Part shown: positions 9,607 through 19,739 of the stretch, piece after piece | Layout of the letters: the number at the start of each line of letters is the position of its first letter | Numbering within the stretch: the stretch's first letter is position 1 | IMG/VR virus record: IMGVR_UViG_3300022843_000013 | Span: 13,761-77,760 of that record | DNA length: 64,000 nucleotides | Reading direction: 5' to 3' (one strand) | Source: a virus | Notes under the pieces: model-generated | Database searches by the model: none | Told to the model about the DNA's origin: nothing | What the model saw: only the letters and a program-made list of their open reading frames with translations | Program-made: the position numbers and the translations under genes

Positions 9607-10791
9607 CTATTTTTCCGGTCCAGATGCGGGAGTCGCCTCCTGCATCTCGGGTGTTTGAGTGGCCGAGATTACGGCGTCTATTTTTTCGACCACTTCAGGG
9701 TCGGGTTGTGGCTCCGGCTTACCGAGCTTACGGCGAGGAGCTGCGGGGGTAACGCGTCTTGCCGCTGTCGGCGTAACTTCGGGGGATCCCTGAGGATTGA
9801 CGTGCGGCGCTGCGGGGGTGACCCGCTGCTCCGCTGCCGGATCAGGTTGCGGAGACTCCTGCGAAACGACGCGAGGAGCCCCGTGGTCCCTAGCTGGGAC
9901 CGAGCGAACCTGACGTCGACGATTTACGCGCTCCTTCTTCTTGGTCTCGCGAGTCTTGAGTTCTCGCACCACGAACGCCATGACCTCTGCGGGAGCGCGG
10001 AGTTCTGGAGTTCTAGGGACGTTCTTGTTGCGCCCCCCGAGGAGGTTCAAGGCCGCCACCGCCAAAGGCCAAGCGGTGGGGACAGCCTGCGCAACTTTCA
10101 CAGCGGTATCGGAGAGTCTAGCGCCGAAATCCCCAGACCCAGACCCCGGTACGTTTGCGACATCAAAGCGCGGACCCCACGTGGAGCTGAGGACATATTT
10201 CTCAGTGTTCTCCGTGTTGAGGTTACCCTTGTGGATAAATCGCCCCGAACGGTTAGGTCCGAATGTGATGACGCCGTAGCACCCTTTGTCCCACTCTTCG
10301 TCCGAGATACCAGACGCTGCGCGGACATACGCGCTGTAATACGGAATCTCACGGATCACGAACCTTGGGTCGTTACGGGGGTCCCCGTCTTTTTCCGATA
10401 TGTGCTCCACCTCGACGTCGGGCTGAATACCCTTCATGACGCCCTCTTTGAATAAGCGCTCCGGGCTCATGCTGTAGATCGTGGAGTTCGTGTAGCCTGG
10501 CCGCACCTCCCGGTCTTCCCGGTTCTCCAGCACGCGCATCGCGCCGCCGACGAAGGCGACGATTTTACTATCCGCGTCGTAGCGGACGAGAAGGAACCCA
10601 GACGTGCGCGACAGATGCAGCGCATGATACCGGGACCCTGGGTTAATGCTCAATCCCGCGCTTGCGGGTCCTTTATTGTCATGCTCAGCTGTGCCGACAT
10701 GGTTCCCGACGTCCTCGCGGACTGAATCGGGGGCTGAGGTTGTTGTTTTGACCTCAGCACACTTTTCGTCTACATTTAATATGTTGTCCAT
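9607..10791 (-). CDS. hypothetical protein with Pro/Ala-rich C-terminus
   Basis: 394-aa ORF with repeated RVTPAAP; shared upstream motif abuts the ATG. Confidence 0.65.
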   Translation of the reverse strand: MDNILNVDEKCAEVKTTTSAPDSVREDVGNHVGTAEHDNKGPASAGLSINPGSRYHALHLSRTSGFLLVRYDADSKIVAFVGGAMRVLENREDREVRPGYTNSTIYSMSPERLFKEGVMKGIQPDVEVEHISEKDGDPRNDPRFVIREIPYYSAYVRAASGISDEEWDKGCYGVITFGPNRSGRFIHKGNLNTENTEKYVLSSTWGPRFDVANVPGSGSGDFGARLSDTAVKVAQAVPTAWPLAVAALNLLGGRNKNVPRTPELRAPAEVMAFVVRELKTRETKKKERVNRRRQVRSVPARDHGAPRVVSQESPQPDPAAEQRVTPAAPHVNPQGSPEVTPTAARRVTPAAPRRKLGKPEPQPDPEVVEKIDAVISATQTPEMQEATPASGPEK

Positions 10792-10810
10792 AGCAAATTA
10801 TTATGACGCA
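10786..10810 (-). promoter_or_regulatory. repeated upstream motif TGCGTCATAATAATTTG(C/A)TATGGAC, copy 1
   Basis: 24/25 identical to 33807..33831; both copies include the start codon of a minus-strand gene. Confidence 0.6.
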
Positions 10811-11196
10811 GAAGAGAGCCTACTTGCATAGATTTCTGTCGGTAATTCTAGGGTTAGCGGCCTGCTTCCCGCGTCGGTCAGGTGGTGCAGAAGGGCCTTG
10901 TCCGCCCGACTTCTAAGCTTGCGGTGCATGACCTCAGGCTCCGTCGTCCATTCCGCTCCTAACGGGTCCGACTTCCAGTTGAGTATGCGAACGTAGAACG
11001 TGACCTTAGTCAATATGTCCACGGCCGCGAATACGCGATCGATCTTGTAGTCGACGGAGAAAACAACGCTCGGCAGGCAGCCGGCCCCAATTAAGAGTGC
11101 GGCGATCTGTCGAGCGCGTAGTTTTCTACCTACTCCGTAGAATGGTATCTTTACGACCTCTGGCGGTCCGCTAGGATCCTGAGTAGACTTTAGCAT
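10801..11196 (-). CDS. hypothetical protein
   Basis: 131-aa ORF in the gene run. Confidence 0.6.
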   Translation of the reverse strand: MLKSTQDPSGPPEVVKIPFYGVGRKLRARQIAALLIGAGCLPSVVFSVDYKIDRVFAAVDILTKVTFYVRILNWKSDPLGAEWTTEPEVMHRKLRSRADKALLHHLTDAGSRPLTLELPTEIYASRLSSAS

Positions 11197-11572
11197 CTAC
11201 CAGAAGTCTCGATAGGTTGATGATAACGTCTCTCCCGGCGAGGTCGGCGGACGCGTCAGTGGGTAGGAATTCGGTGTCGGTAAACCCTAGGGCGAATCTC
11301 TCGTTACCTGTGCCTCTGTTCAGGAGGAGCTGGTTGCCGCTTGTCAGGGTCTCCTCGGATTTTTCCATGACTCGCTTCTTGACGCCTCCGATTCCGAAGT
11401 AGGACTCGAGTGTCCTCTTGAGGTGGTTCTGAGCTGCGTCACTCAAAGATGTCTTCTCGGACTCAGCGACCTTAGCGACCTTAGCCGGAGCGGCCTCAGC
11501 GGGAGCCGGAGCGGCCTCAGCGGTTTTAGGTCTTGCGGACTTTTTGGATCGGCTATTCTTATTACTGGACAT
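11171..11572 (-). CDS. hypothetical protein with basic, Ala-rich N-terminus
   Basis: 133-aa ORF with AEAAPAPAEAAPA repeat. Confidence 0.65.
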   Translation of the reverse strand: MSSNKNSRSKKSARPKTAEAAPAPAEAAPAKVAKVAESEKTSLSDAAQNHLKRTLESYFGIGGVKKRVMEKSEETLTSGNQLLLNRGTGNERFALGFTDTEFLPTDASADLAGRDVIINLSRLLVDAKVYSGS

Positions 11573-11582
11573 GTCGGTTGTT

Positions 11583-12140
11583 TTAAATGGTTATATGCAG
11601 ACCCTCTTGAAAGTCTGACGTCTTAAATAGCATGATATCTTGATTGAAGCATGTAAAGGCGAAAGGATCGTCGGGATCTCCGAGTATCGAGGTTTTGCTG
11701 GATCGTTTCGCGTCCCGCCAGTGCGCGTCGTAGTCTTCGTCCGCCATGGGAATCGCGACCGCTCCGTCGTCCAGCTTAGGGTAGGCATCACGTAAGTCGA
11801 TCGGCTCCTCCCCTTTCATGACGTCCGGCATTGGCCCCTGCTCCCATCGACGCCACATCTTCATAGCTCGGTGGGCAGCTTTACCCGGGTCCATAGGCGC
11901 GTGGACAAAATACTCACGCTGAACAGGCACGATATCAAACTTACTACCATACTTCAGAAGTATAACGCACCAACATGTGTGGGCCCTCACTAGGCGATCC
12001 CCTTCGTCTGTCTTGCCCAAGTGGTGCAGTCTTCGCAAATAGGATGCGCTCAGGATCGCCGGATGCTTGCCGGAGATCGGCACCCCCTTGTCGCTATACA
12101 TCTGAACCCTCTTTTTACCTCGCGCTTCATTGTTTACCAT
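11583..12140 (-). CDS. hypothetical protein
   Basis: 185-aa ORF. Confidence 0.65.
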   Translation of the reverse strand: MVNNEARGKKRVQMYSDKGVPISGKHPAILSASYLRRLHHLGKTDEGDRLVRAHTCWCVILLKYGSKFDIVPVQREYFVHAPMDPGKAAHRAMKMWRRWEQGPMPDVMKGEEPIDLRDAYPKLDDGAVAIPMADEDYDAHWRDAKRSSKTSILGDPDDPFAFTCFNQDIMLFKTSDFQEGLHITI

Positions 12141-12361
12141 GCGTGCAGACTCTCAGGCGCGGCGCGCCAGTCAACAGTATCTTTTCGTCCTTGCGAAGTG
12201 TAGACAGCGCGAAGTCATCTCCTTTGACGGTCCCTGTCTACCCTTGGATAGCTCGATGCCATATGGCGCTTAGGATTACGACGTGCCCAGGGAGGACAAA
12301 TAGTGTCTTTTTCGTTTGTAATCGGGGTAGACAATAATGACGCTAGGTAAGCAAACTTTGT

Positions 12362-12886
12362 CTACGCCTCGGAGATCTCATCGAATCTTCCGTTGGTGAG
12401 TTTTAGAGAATGCACGTAGCGCCTTGACGGCAGCTTCAAGTGGCGCGCCAGTATCTGCTTCGCTCTCGGAACGGATCCCTTGGCTGGGGACGGGTCCCTG
12501 ACGTCTCCCAGATTCTTAGCGCGCAGAATATACACGCTGTCAGGAGACGACTCTAGGTATTTTAGAGAAGACTCCGCATCCCCGACTTCGGTGTAGCCGG
12601 CGTAAGAAGGGTTCGCTTCTTTGACTTTCTCTCGTGCCGTAATGAGCTGCCGGAGAGCAAGCTCAAGGTCGGGGGACGACACCCCCTCGATGTCTTCGGT
12701 AACCGAGAACGCCCGTAGTATTACGAGGTCCTCCTGCTGCATCTCGTGGTATCCTGAGGGTCCCAGTAAAAGCAGGCTTTCGTAGTTGATCGTCAACCCC
12801 GCGGAGCTGACGTAGCCCCTCACGATAAATTTTCGACCTGGTGTGAGCTTCTCTGCGTTTACTAGGATGTCTTTTATTGTTTTCAT
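12362..12886 (-). CDS. hypothetical protein
   Basis: 174-aa ORF. Confidence 0.7.
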   Translation of the reverse strand: MKTIKDILVNAEKLTPGRKFIVRGYVSSAGLTINYESLLLLGPSGYHEMQQEDLVILRAFSVTEDIEGVSSPDLELALRQLITAREKVKEANPSYAGYTEVGDAESSLKYLESSPDSVYILRAKNLGDVRDPSPAKGSVPRAKQILARHLKLPSRRYVHSLKLTNGRFDEISEA

Positions 12887-12900
12887 ATTTTTGGATAAAA

Positions 12901-12930
12901 AAGCCGAGGGAGCGCTAACTCCCTCGGCTT
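12901..12930 (-). terminator. intrinsic terminator
   Basis: aagccgagggag...ctccctcggctt followed by a T-run on the minus strand. Confidence 0.7.
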
Positions 12931-12946
12931 AAGGTAAATTGTTTAT

Positions 12947-14258
12947 CTAATCGGACTCCAGGGTTGGGTTCGGATTATCGAATGCCATAAACTCGTCCAC
13001 TGGGTCGTCTTCGGCGCCTTTGTTTATCTCGCCATCTCCCGCACCGCCAGACTCTTCCGACTCGGATGCCAGCACTCCTCCCGCGTCCGTCTGTAGCGCC
13101 TCCTCAATTTCTTTGGGTTGCTGCGACTTTAAGGTGTCCCGGAGCTGATCGGACGCCACAGAGTAAGACGCACCGGCCTTCACGAGATGAGGCCTGAACA
13201 TAACCGCGTGCATAAGAGCGCCAACACTGGCGAGCTTCTCTATAGCATCGGGGTCCTGCCGGGATACGGTGTCGTAGATATCGGGGGCCATGTCCTGATA
13301 CTCGGACGACGCCAAGACCGACGCGACAGGTCGAAGCTTGGCCGACTTGCATATCAGAGCGGCCGCTACCACTCTCCCTGGCAGGTCGGCGGGGCTATCG
13401 GACGCCCCCTTTACGATCTCAATGAGGGCCTCTAGGCCTCCGGCTTCGTAGGCATGCGCCATACCGCCAGTTCCGTGCTTCGCTGCCGCGTTGAGTAAGT
13501 CGGACGTCAGACTGATGCTGGCGCGCTTTTCTGTGGCCATCTGATCTGTCACGAGTAGAAGAAACTCGTCGCCGCATTCTTCGAAGTCTTTCTTGGCCGC
13601 GGCGGACTTGGGTAAGTATTCGTCGGTGACGTCCTCGATCTCCCCAGGCCCTGACACTTGCCGTATCCGCCTTGGTCCTTTAAGTCCGGGCCTCTTGATT
13701 GTCGGGAAGGTCTTGTTGAGGGCTGCGTAAGCTACGCCCCCGGAAGCCATAGCAGCCAACAACGGAACGGCCACGGGGAAGGCGAGCACCAGATCCGAGA
13801 ACGTCATCTTAGTATCCGCCGACTTTTCTATCTCAGCGTCAGAAAGCGCGATGGTCTCGTTCTGGGCCTCGTCGAGCATACGCTGCCTACGCTTCTTCAT
13901 CGCGAAATTATAAACCATCTGCGTCAGAGCATACGCACCGCCTGCTCCCACGACGCCTGCAGTTAGGCCAACACCGGGCGCCAGCCAATCTTTGGCTGTA
14001 GCAGACTTCTCCTTACCTGACGGCGGGGCTTGAATGTAGAGGGTGTCGTCATTGAGTCGAGACTCGTCATTCAACTCCTCCTCTTTTTTAAGGGACTTGA
14101 GGTAGTTGACCAGAGCGACAGCAGCACTTACTCCACCCCCAAGCATAAGACCGCCGGTGGCCAACTGACTTATGAGCTCGTCGCCCCGGTCAGGGGGCGT
14201 AGCAGGCGTAAAAGTTTTCTTTAGGCTGTCGGCGGCTTGATCGATAAAAGAGGGCATG
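12947..14258 (-). CDS. probable virion protein with multiple KxA motifs and hydrophobic segments (probable start MPSFIDQ)
   Basis: ORF 12947..14308 containing EKSAT, EKSAD, PKSAA, EKRAS and EKLAS. Confidence 0.6.
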
Positions 14259-14259
14259 A

Positions 14260-14721
14260 TTACAGTTTCTGGTATTGGATTTTCTCGTATGTGAGATACA
14301 CCGACCACCCGCCGTTGAATTGCTGGCGCTCGTGTGTGATTATAGAGACCTGAGGGTCTAGCAGTGCGGATTTTTTCTGGATCACGTTTAGCTTCGCGAG
14401 ATCTTCACCGTCTCCTAGATTAAGAACGACAGTGGTCGGTTCAACCCCGCGAAGTGATTCTGGGTATTTTGAGGACTGACCCGGGAAGGATGGCTCGTTT
14501 CCCCACGTGCTGTTAGCGGCGGGGACATCTACGATCGAATCTTCCTTATCGACGGGATCTTCCTCCGCTCTTTCCTCTAGGCGGTTCATGGTGGCAGCAA
14601 CGGAAGAATCTCCCGCTGACAACTCCTTTTTTTTATCGATTACAGACGCGGCCGCCTCATGCTCGTCGAAGGAATTCATAAATTCCTCTTCCTGATTCTG
14701 CGCTACGACACTAGACGTCAT
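14260..14721 (-). CDS. hypothetical protein
   Basis: 153-aa acidic ORF. Confidence 0.65.
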   Translation of the reverse strand: MTSSVVAQNQEEEFMNSFDEHEAAASVIDKKKELSAGDSSVAATMNRLEERAEEDPVDKEDSIVDVPAANSTWGNEPSFPGQSSKYPESLRGVEPTTVVLNLGDGEDLAKLNVIQKKSALLDPQVSIITHERQQFNGGWSVYLTYEKIQYQKL

Positions 14722-15265
14722 AAACCTCCCCTCCCTGCTCCATGATTTTTTCGTTGCCCATGTCCTCTCTTATGTCTCGGCTCAGTTCTTTGTAAGCTCT
14801 GATCTTTTCAAGCATCTGCTCATTGCTAGCGGAAGATTGTTTCGCGTTGCGGGCCAAGAGGAACGCGAGAGCTCCAAGAGTTCCACCCCCGAGAACACCG
14901 GCGGTCATGACGTTCTTCATCATTCCGCCTCCGACCTTGTCGTGGGCGAGCGCCATGAGCGGGACGGCTCCCGCTTGTTTGGCTAGGGCCCGCTTAACGC
15001 AGTCCGTGAAAGCGTTGTATCCGGTGCTCCACTCCGGGGTGGTCGCTAGATTCTTGAACAGGAGGGCCTCCGGTGAGTTACCCGTGCCGGACGCGTCGAA
15101 GGCGGCCGCTGCGATCTTACACAGCTCCCGGTTGAACGGGGCGGCTTCCACACTCTGCATGATAGCCGCTTGCGACACGGACGCCTGAACGTCCGCGGTG
15201 TCCCTCTCGTTTACTACAAAGCCCAGGGCTGTTCCTAATTTGAAAAATGGATCGTTATTATTCAT
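14711..15265 (-). CDS. hypothetical protein, probable virion component
   Basis: 184-aa ORF with KQAG and a Gly-rich hydrophobic segment. Confidence 0.6.
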   Translation of the reverse strand: MNNNDPFFKLGTALGFVVNERDTADVQASVSQAAIMQSVEAAPFNRELCKIAAAAFDASGTGNSPEALLFKNLATTPEWSTGYNAFTDCVKRALAKQAGAVPLMALAHDKVGGGMMKNVMTAGVLGGGTLGALAFLLARNAKQSSASNEQMLEKIRAYKELSRDIREDMGNEKIMEQGGEVYDV

Positions 15266-15269
15266 GTCT

Positions 15270-16079
15270 TTAACGGTAGAGTTGCCCCATACGATTATAA
15301 GATGGGCGGGGCCCTGAGGATCCTCCTCCCATCAAGAATCCTACGATACCACCGGCGATTGCTGGCAGCAAGCCTTTGGACTTAAGGACGCGCCCTATGA
15401 TCGCGCCAGCCCCAGCTCCGATCGACGTCCGTATCATGCGATACAGGGCGTCTCGGTCCTGGGACTGCATCGCCGCCATACCCCGCAACATGGCGGTGCG
15501 CTCTTGCTGCGAGAGCATGAAGTCGTTCTGCACCGCCCGAATTAGAGCCTCAGTGACCTCAGCCGATGCCTTCTTGTTCATCGTCCTCTGGTTGAACTTG
15601 TGCTGACCATAGAGCGTCGCCGCAGCTCCGAGTCCGCCTCCGAGGAGCGCGAACAGCAGACCCCTACCAGTCCCGCTCCCCCCGGCGCGGCGGCCAGACC
15701 ACGCACCCAGACCCCCAGCAGCGAGGGCGGACAGTAGAGCAACCGTACCTGTAGCTTTACCTTGAGACGAAGTCCCCCAGTCGTAGGCGTCGTTCAGACT
15801 TCCCACGACCGAGTCCTGAATCTGCCGGAGACCGGAGACCGGACGCTTGCGCCGATACTGCCCCGCCATAGCTTCAGCCATGTTATTGATGCGGTAGTCT
15901 TTGTCGAAAGTCTGCTTGTATTGTTTAGCCCCCAGCGTGACTCGGGAGCGGTCTGGTGCTAGTCCGAGGTAGCCATCTGGGTGGTCGAAAGACACAGAAC
16001 CGCCCGGTTCGGATCTGAAGTCCGAGACGTCCCCCTCTAGGTGGCGGGGGATGTAAGGGTCAAGCTGCCCCGGGATCAC
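15270..16079 (-). CDS. hypothetical protein with glycine-zipper-like hydrophobic helices
   Basis: 269-aa ORF with GxxxG segments and KKASA. Confidence 0.65.
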   Translation of the reverse strand: MIPGQLDPYIPRHLEGDVSDFRSEPGGSVSFDHPDGYLGLAPDRSRVTLGAKQYKQTFDKDYRINNMAEAMAGQYRRKRPVSGLRQIQDSVVGSLNDAYDWGTSSQGKATGTVALLSALAAGGLGAWSGRRAGGSGTGRGLLFALLGGGLGAAATLYGQHKFNQRTMNKKASAEVTEALIRAVQNDFMLSQQERTAMLRGMAAMQSQDRDALYRMIRTSIGAGAGAIIGRVLKSKGLLPAIAGGIVGFLMGGGSSGPRPSYNRMGQLYR

Positions 16080-16315
16080 TGGGGACCTCCTGACCCGTTA
16101 CCGACGTGCTCGCTGTTCATTCCCGGGTATCTTGCCACCCAATTATCCGACTCACTACCCCCGTCGTCAGGGGCTGGAGTCGAGCCGTGGTGGGCGTCAA
16201 ATTTTAACTCCGGAGCCTTGGACTCGCCAGAAGGTTTGGCGTCCATCTCAGCGATCGCGGACTCCCTAAGTTTTTTAATTTCCGGACTAACTACGCCTGG
16301 TCGAAGAGTGCTCAC
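16076..16315 (-). CDS. small hypothetical protein
   Basis: 79-aa ORF with ATGA coupling. Confidence 0.55.
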   Translation of the reverse strand: MSTLRPGVVSPEIKKLRESAIAEMDAKPSGESKAPELKFDAHHGSTPAPDDGGSESDNWVARYPGMNSEHVGNGSGGPQ

Positions 16316-16339
16316 GCGCGAATGCTACCTTTTTTAAGC

Positions 16340-18190
16340 TTAACCCGCAAGCACTTGCGTGGCTTGGTTGCGACCTGCCGCGCCGCCAGCTGATCGCAAC
16401 TTCTCCAGTTCCTGCTTCGCCGCAGCATACAACGTGGAATTCGTAGCCTCAGCCATCCTCATCTCTTCGCGATGCGAATTCGGCTGCTGCTCGTGCATGG
16501 TCTGCCACTCTACGGCTATTTCCTGCGCACGTTGCTGGATCATTGTAGGATCTGCCTGAGAATCGACAGAGTAGTCTAGACCACCACCACCGCCACCGCC
16601 GCCGCCCTCTGGCGCTCCAGCGATGCTCTGCTCGGCGGACATCATAGCCACGTCGGCCATGGACCCTTGCGCCTTCTCTTTCTCGAAGGCTGCCGATATC
16701 TCGCCGATGTCTCGGGCGATGTTTTGCTGCTCCTCGGCGGCCCTAACGGCGGCGCTAGTGGGATCATTTATTCCGACGTCAGGATAGACGTCACCGCGAG
16801 GAATTTCACCGTTGGCGGCAAGCTGCATACGCAGCTGCATCCACTCGGCGTTATGCGCCATGGCAGGTCTTTTTAGCCTTACGCTGATCGTGTCTGCGTT
16901 AAAAGAGCGTTGAAAAGTATTGGATACAAACTGGAGAAGGCCGTTCAACTGCTGATACATCCAATCGTAGTGACGCTCGAACATTCGGATAGCGTTCGGG
17001 ATAGCTTCCACCGTGAGAGCCCCGCGGTATAACTCTCTCGGAAACCCAAGGCCGTCAAAGAGCGTGTCCAGGTAGACCTCGACGACGTCGTGCATCACCA
17101 TCGTCTTACCATTCCCCCCACTCTCTTGATACTTAGCCTCAAATGGTAGCGCTTGGATAGACGTGGGATCTTTACGGTGCGCGGCGATGGCGCTCTTCAT
17201 CGTGCCGTGCCACTTAGACATGACCGTGGTCATCACCGAGTCTCCCATCTTGTCCCCGAAGCTGGGCGTGAAAAACCGCATGGGGTGTAGAAACTCCTGG
17301 GCGACAGCGAAGTCTGCCTTCCGATATACCTGTAACTGGTAGAGAGAGTCGTAATTCCACAGTATCTCGGGGACGGCCCAGCCACTATCGGAAACACCGG
17401 TAGGGGACGGGGCCCTGAAGTGAAATATCTCACCGCCGTGGAACCTAAAGTCTTTCGACTGGGAGACAGCAGCCAAGAGACCTCGAGGAGTATTGTTCAC
17501 CTCGTGCAGATGACCTCGCTTAATGCGAGACTCCATGTCCGGCGGTATGCGGTAAATGTATTGCACGGACTCTGAGTGGTGCGCCTTATCAAGCTCGCAA
17601 TACCGAGGATCCAAAAATATAACGGAGAATCTATCCGGGGAGGCTGAAGGCTTGTCGCGAAAACCAAGATCCACTGTGGGGGCGCCTCGGAGTGCATCAG
17701 GGGTTCGTGCGCCCTTTTCGAGCTTCGAGATGGCACGCATGTCGGGGACATTATAAGTCATTGCTTTCCAGTCATATTTGACTAGATGCTCCGGAAACAT
17801 GCTGAGGTTGTAGACTTTGAGTTGCCCGTCCCGAGTGTCCCACAACCAGCGGTCGAAGGGCTCTACGCATCTGACGAATCCGTTACCGTAGATGGCCCAC
17901 TCCATCCCTGCCTGCTGCATCTTAGAGAAGATTCCTATCGTCTCGGTTAGGCACTTCTTAAGTTTATCTTGCTCGTCCTTATCCCCGGCTTCCTCAAACT
18001 CAATGTCCGTAACAAAGTAAGAAACCACACGACTACAAATAGCTCCGTAAAGGCGATTTACGCGATACAGGTATAGGCACAGATCCAACGTAGACTTTAT
18101 GTCCGAAGGGAAAGTGGCCGTGGACGGTAACATGAAAGGGTCCCCGTATTTATCGGGCCCCTTCATGAATGCGGAACTTACAATAGACAT
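16340..18190 (-). CDS. probable portal protein
   Basis: 616 aa; EWAIYGNGF, EIFHFR..P.G...GW.VP and LGFPRELY resemble phage portal signatures; lies among structural-type genes. Confidence 0.6.
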   Translation of the reverse strand: MSIVSSAFMKGPDKYGDPFMLPSTATFPSDIKSTLDLCLYLYRVNRLYGAICSRVVSYFVTDIEFEEAGDKDEQDKLKKCLTETIGIFSKMQQAGMEWAIYGNGFVRCVEPFDRWLWDTRDGQLKVYNLSMFPEHLVKYDWKAMTYNVPDMRAISKLEKGARTPDALRGAPTVDLGFRDKPSASPDRFSVIFLDPRYCELDKAHHSESVQYIYRIPPDMESRIKRGHLHEVNNTPRGLLAAVSQSKDFRFHGGEIFHFRAPSPTGVSDSGWAVPEILWNYDSLYQLQVYRKADFAVAQEFLHPMRFFTPSFGDKMGDSVMTTVMSKWHGTMKSAIAAHRKDPTSIQALPFEAKYQESGGNGKTMVMHDVVEVYLDTLFDGLGFPRELYRGALTVEAIPNAIRMFERHYDWMYQQLNGLLQFVSNTFQRSFNADTISVRLKRPAMAHNAEWMQLRMQLAANGEIPRGDVYPDVGINDPTSAAVRAAEEQQNIARDIGEISAAFEKEKAQGSMADVAMMSAEQSIAGAPEGGGGGGGGGLDYSVDSQADPTMIQQRAQEIAVEWQTMHEQQPNSHREEMRMAEATNSTLYAAAKQELEKLRSAGGAAGRNQATQVLAG

Positions 18191-18202
18191 GTCTAATTTG
18201 AA

Positions 18203-18916
18203 TTATACCTGTTCCTTTTCTGCCTCGGCGCGCGCCCTGTCGAAGTCCTCGACACCGGCCGATTTCTCTAGTCCCACCACGGCCTCGCCGTTCTCATCGA
18301 CTCGATCGCTGGTAGAGCCAGACACGGCGGAGGGGGTTCTCTCATTCAGCACGCCAGATTTTTCCATGCGGCTAGTGTGAGGTAGAAAGCAAAGCAAGTC
18401 AACTCCGGGGTACATGGTCAGAGGTGCCTCTAGGCAAGTGACCTGTATACTTCCGGCGTAGCCCAAGAAGCTAATCTTGCATGTTGCGCCAGGGGATGGG
18501 CGGAACGTCACATCTGACGTTCGAACCTTCACGATGATTAACCCCTCCGCTACCAGTATTTTAGACGGCTCGTTGCCCACCCAGTCTACGGCGCATCGAA
18601 CTTCCCCGATAGGGGTGTGGAACACGATGGTGTGCCGCTTTATGTTGTCGGGGTCCAGCAAAGAAGCTATGGCCAGCAACTCCCCTCTAGCCGGCGACGC
18701 GAGGACACGGGAGATGACCGATGGGGCCGCTTGATAAGAGGAGGTAGGTGCGTAGTCGGGGGTGTCGGCGGCGTCATCCTCGTCTAAGGTGGCGTCGTCC
18801 GAGTTGGCTAGGTTTCGTATAAAATCAGACGTAGCGTCACCCGGCGTTCGGGCGCCGCCGTGCGTTTCTTTTTCGACTAAGTCCTTGAGCGATAGAGTTG
18901 TAGAATTTGAAGACAT
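18203..18916 (-). CDS. hypothetical protein
   Basis: 237-aa ORF with EKSAG. Confidence 0.65.
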   Translation of the reverse strand: MSSNSTTLSLKDLVEKETHGGARTPGDATSDFIRNLANSDDATLDEDDAADTPDYAPTSSYQAAPSVISRVLASPARGELLAIASLLDPDNIKRHTIVFHTPIGEVRCAVDWVGNEPSKILVAEGLIIVKVRTSDVTFRPSPGATCKISFLGYAGSIQVTCLEAPLTMYPGVDLLCFLPHTSRMEKSGVLNERTPSAVSGSTSDRVDENGEAVVGLEKSAGVEDFDRARAEAEKEQV

Positions 18917-19544
18917 TTTCTAGGGTTTTTTTTAGGTTGTATTCCGTCATTGCCAAGTTCGATACCTTACCCTTGAGCGGGTGCATGTGCTCTAGCCATA
19001 AGGCGTCGCCCTGCTCGCGGACAGTAAGTCTGTGTGTCGGAGGGTCGGCGGCACTCATCACATAAGAAGCTGCCGGGTGGCGCAAGCCTATACTCACCTT
19101 CTTGACGCGCCCGTCGTGGTGCTCGACCGAGAAAGCCCCGCTAAGGCCGTAACCTACGTGGGACCTTGCGACGACGTAAACTCCTAAACGCGACGCGTTC
19201 TCCAAGGCCCTCGGAAAGAAATCCTCTCCTATCCACGACACGAGGCCTTGACCCATCTGCCGCGTATTGAGTCCGAAGACCTGCTCCAGGGGTATCTGGG
19301 TGTAGGTGCATATGCGACGAACCCACTCAAGGGATATGCGTGCCGTGTAGGGAACGTCGTCGCCTCGCAGTATGCGCGTTGCTGTGCGAGGGGAGCACCC
19401 CAGCACGGACGCTATCTCGCTTCTCTTTTTGGTTTTACCCCTTAACGAAGCGAGAAGCTCTCGAACGGCGGCCGCCGACTGAGACGCCGTGGCCATCTTA
19501 GACTTGTAGTGTCTGGGACGCCTAACTGATGCGGACATACCCAC
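18837..19544 (-). CDS. helix-turn-helix (XRE-like) protein
   Basis: RSEIASVLGCSPRTATRILRG HTH pattern. Confidence 0.6.
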   Translation of the reverse strand: MGMSASVRRPRHYKSKMATASQSAAAVRELLASLRGKTKKRSEIASVLGCSPRTATRILRGDDVPYTARISLEWVRRICTYTQIPLEQVFGLNTRQMGQGLVSWIGEDFFPRALENASRLGVYVVARSHVGYGLSGAFSVEHHDGRVKKVSIGLRHPAASYVMSAADPPTHRLTVREQGDALWLEHMHPLKGKVSNLAMTEYNLKKTLENVFKFYNSIAQGLSRKRNARRRPNAG

Positions 19545-19547
19545 ACA

Positions 19548-19736
19548 CTAGGACCCCCCGCGAATGGCCGAGCGAAATCCCGACACGTTCTTGTCACGGC
19601 GCCCAGACTGGACGCTGTGGCTCTTGATGATCTTATTACGACGAGCCTCCGGCATGTAGGCGACGGAGTCACCGACGCCGCGAGCGCGTGCGGATATGAT
19701 TTGTTCTGCGGTGGGTGCGGTGTTCTCTTTGGACAT
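19548..19736 (-). CDS. small hypothetical protein
   Basis: 62-aa ORF in the gene run. Confidence 0.55.
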   Translation of the reverse strand: MSKENTAPTAEQIISARARGVGDSVAYMPEARRNKIIKSHSVQSGRRDKNVSGFRSAIRGGS

Positions 19737-19739
19737 GAT

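Noticed and set aside
9655-10455. Long plus-strand ORFs such as 9655..10455, 8036..8653 and 31248..32171
   Set aside because: They are antisense shadows of well-supported minus-strand genes in GC-rich DNA, with no protein motifs.
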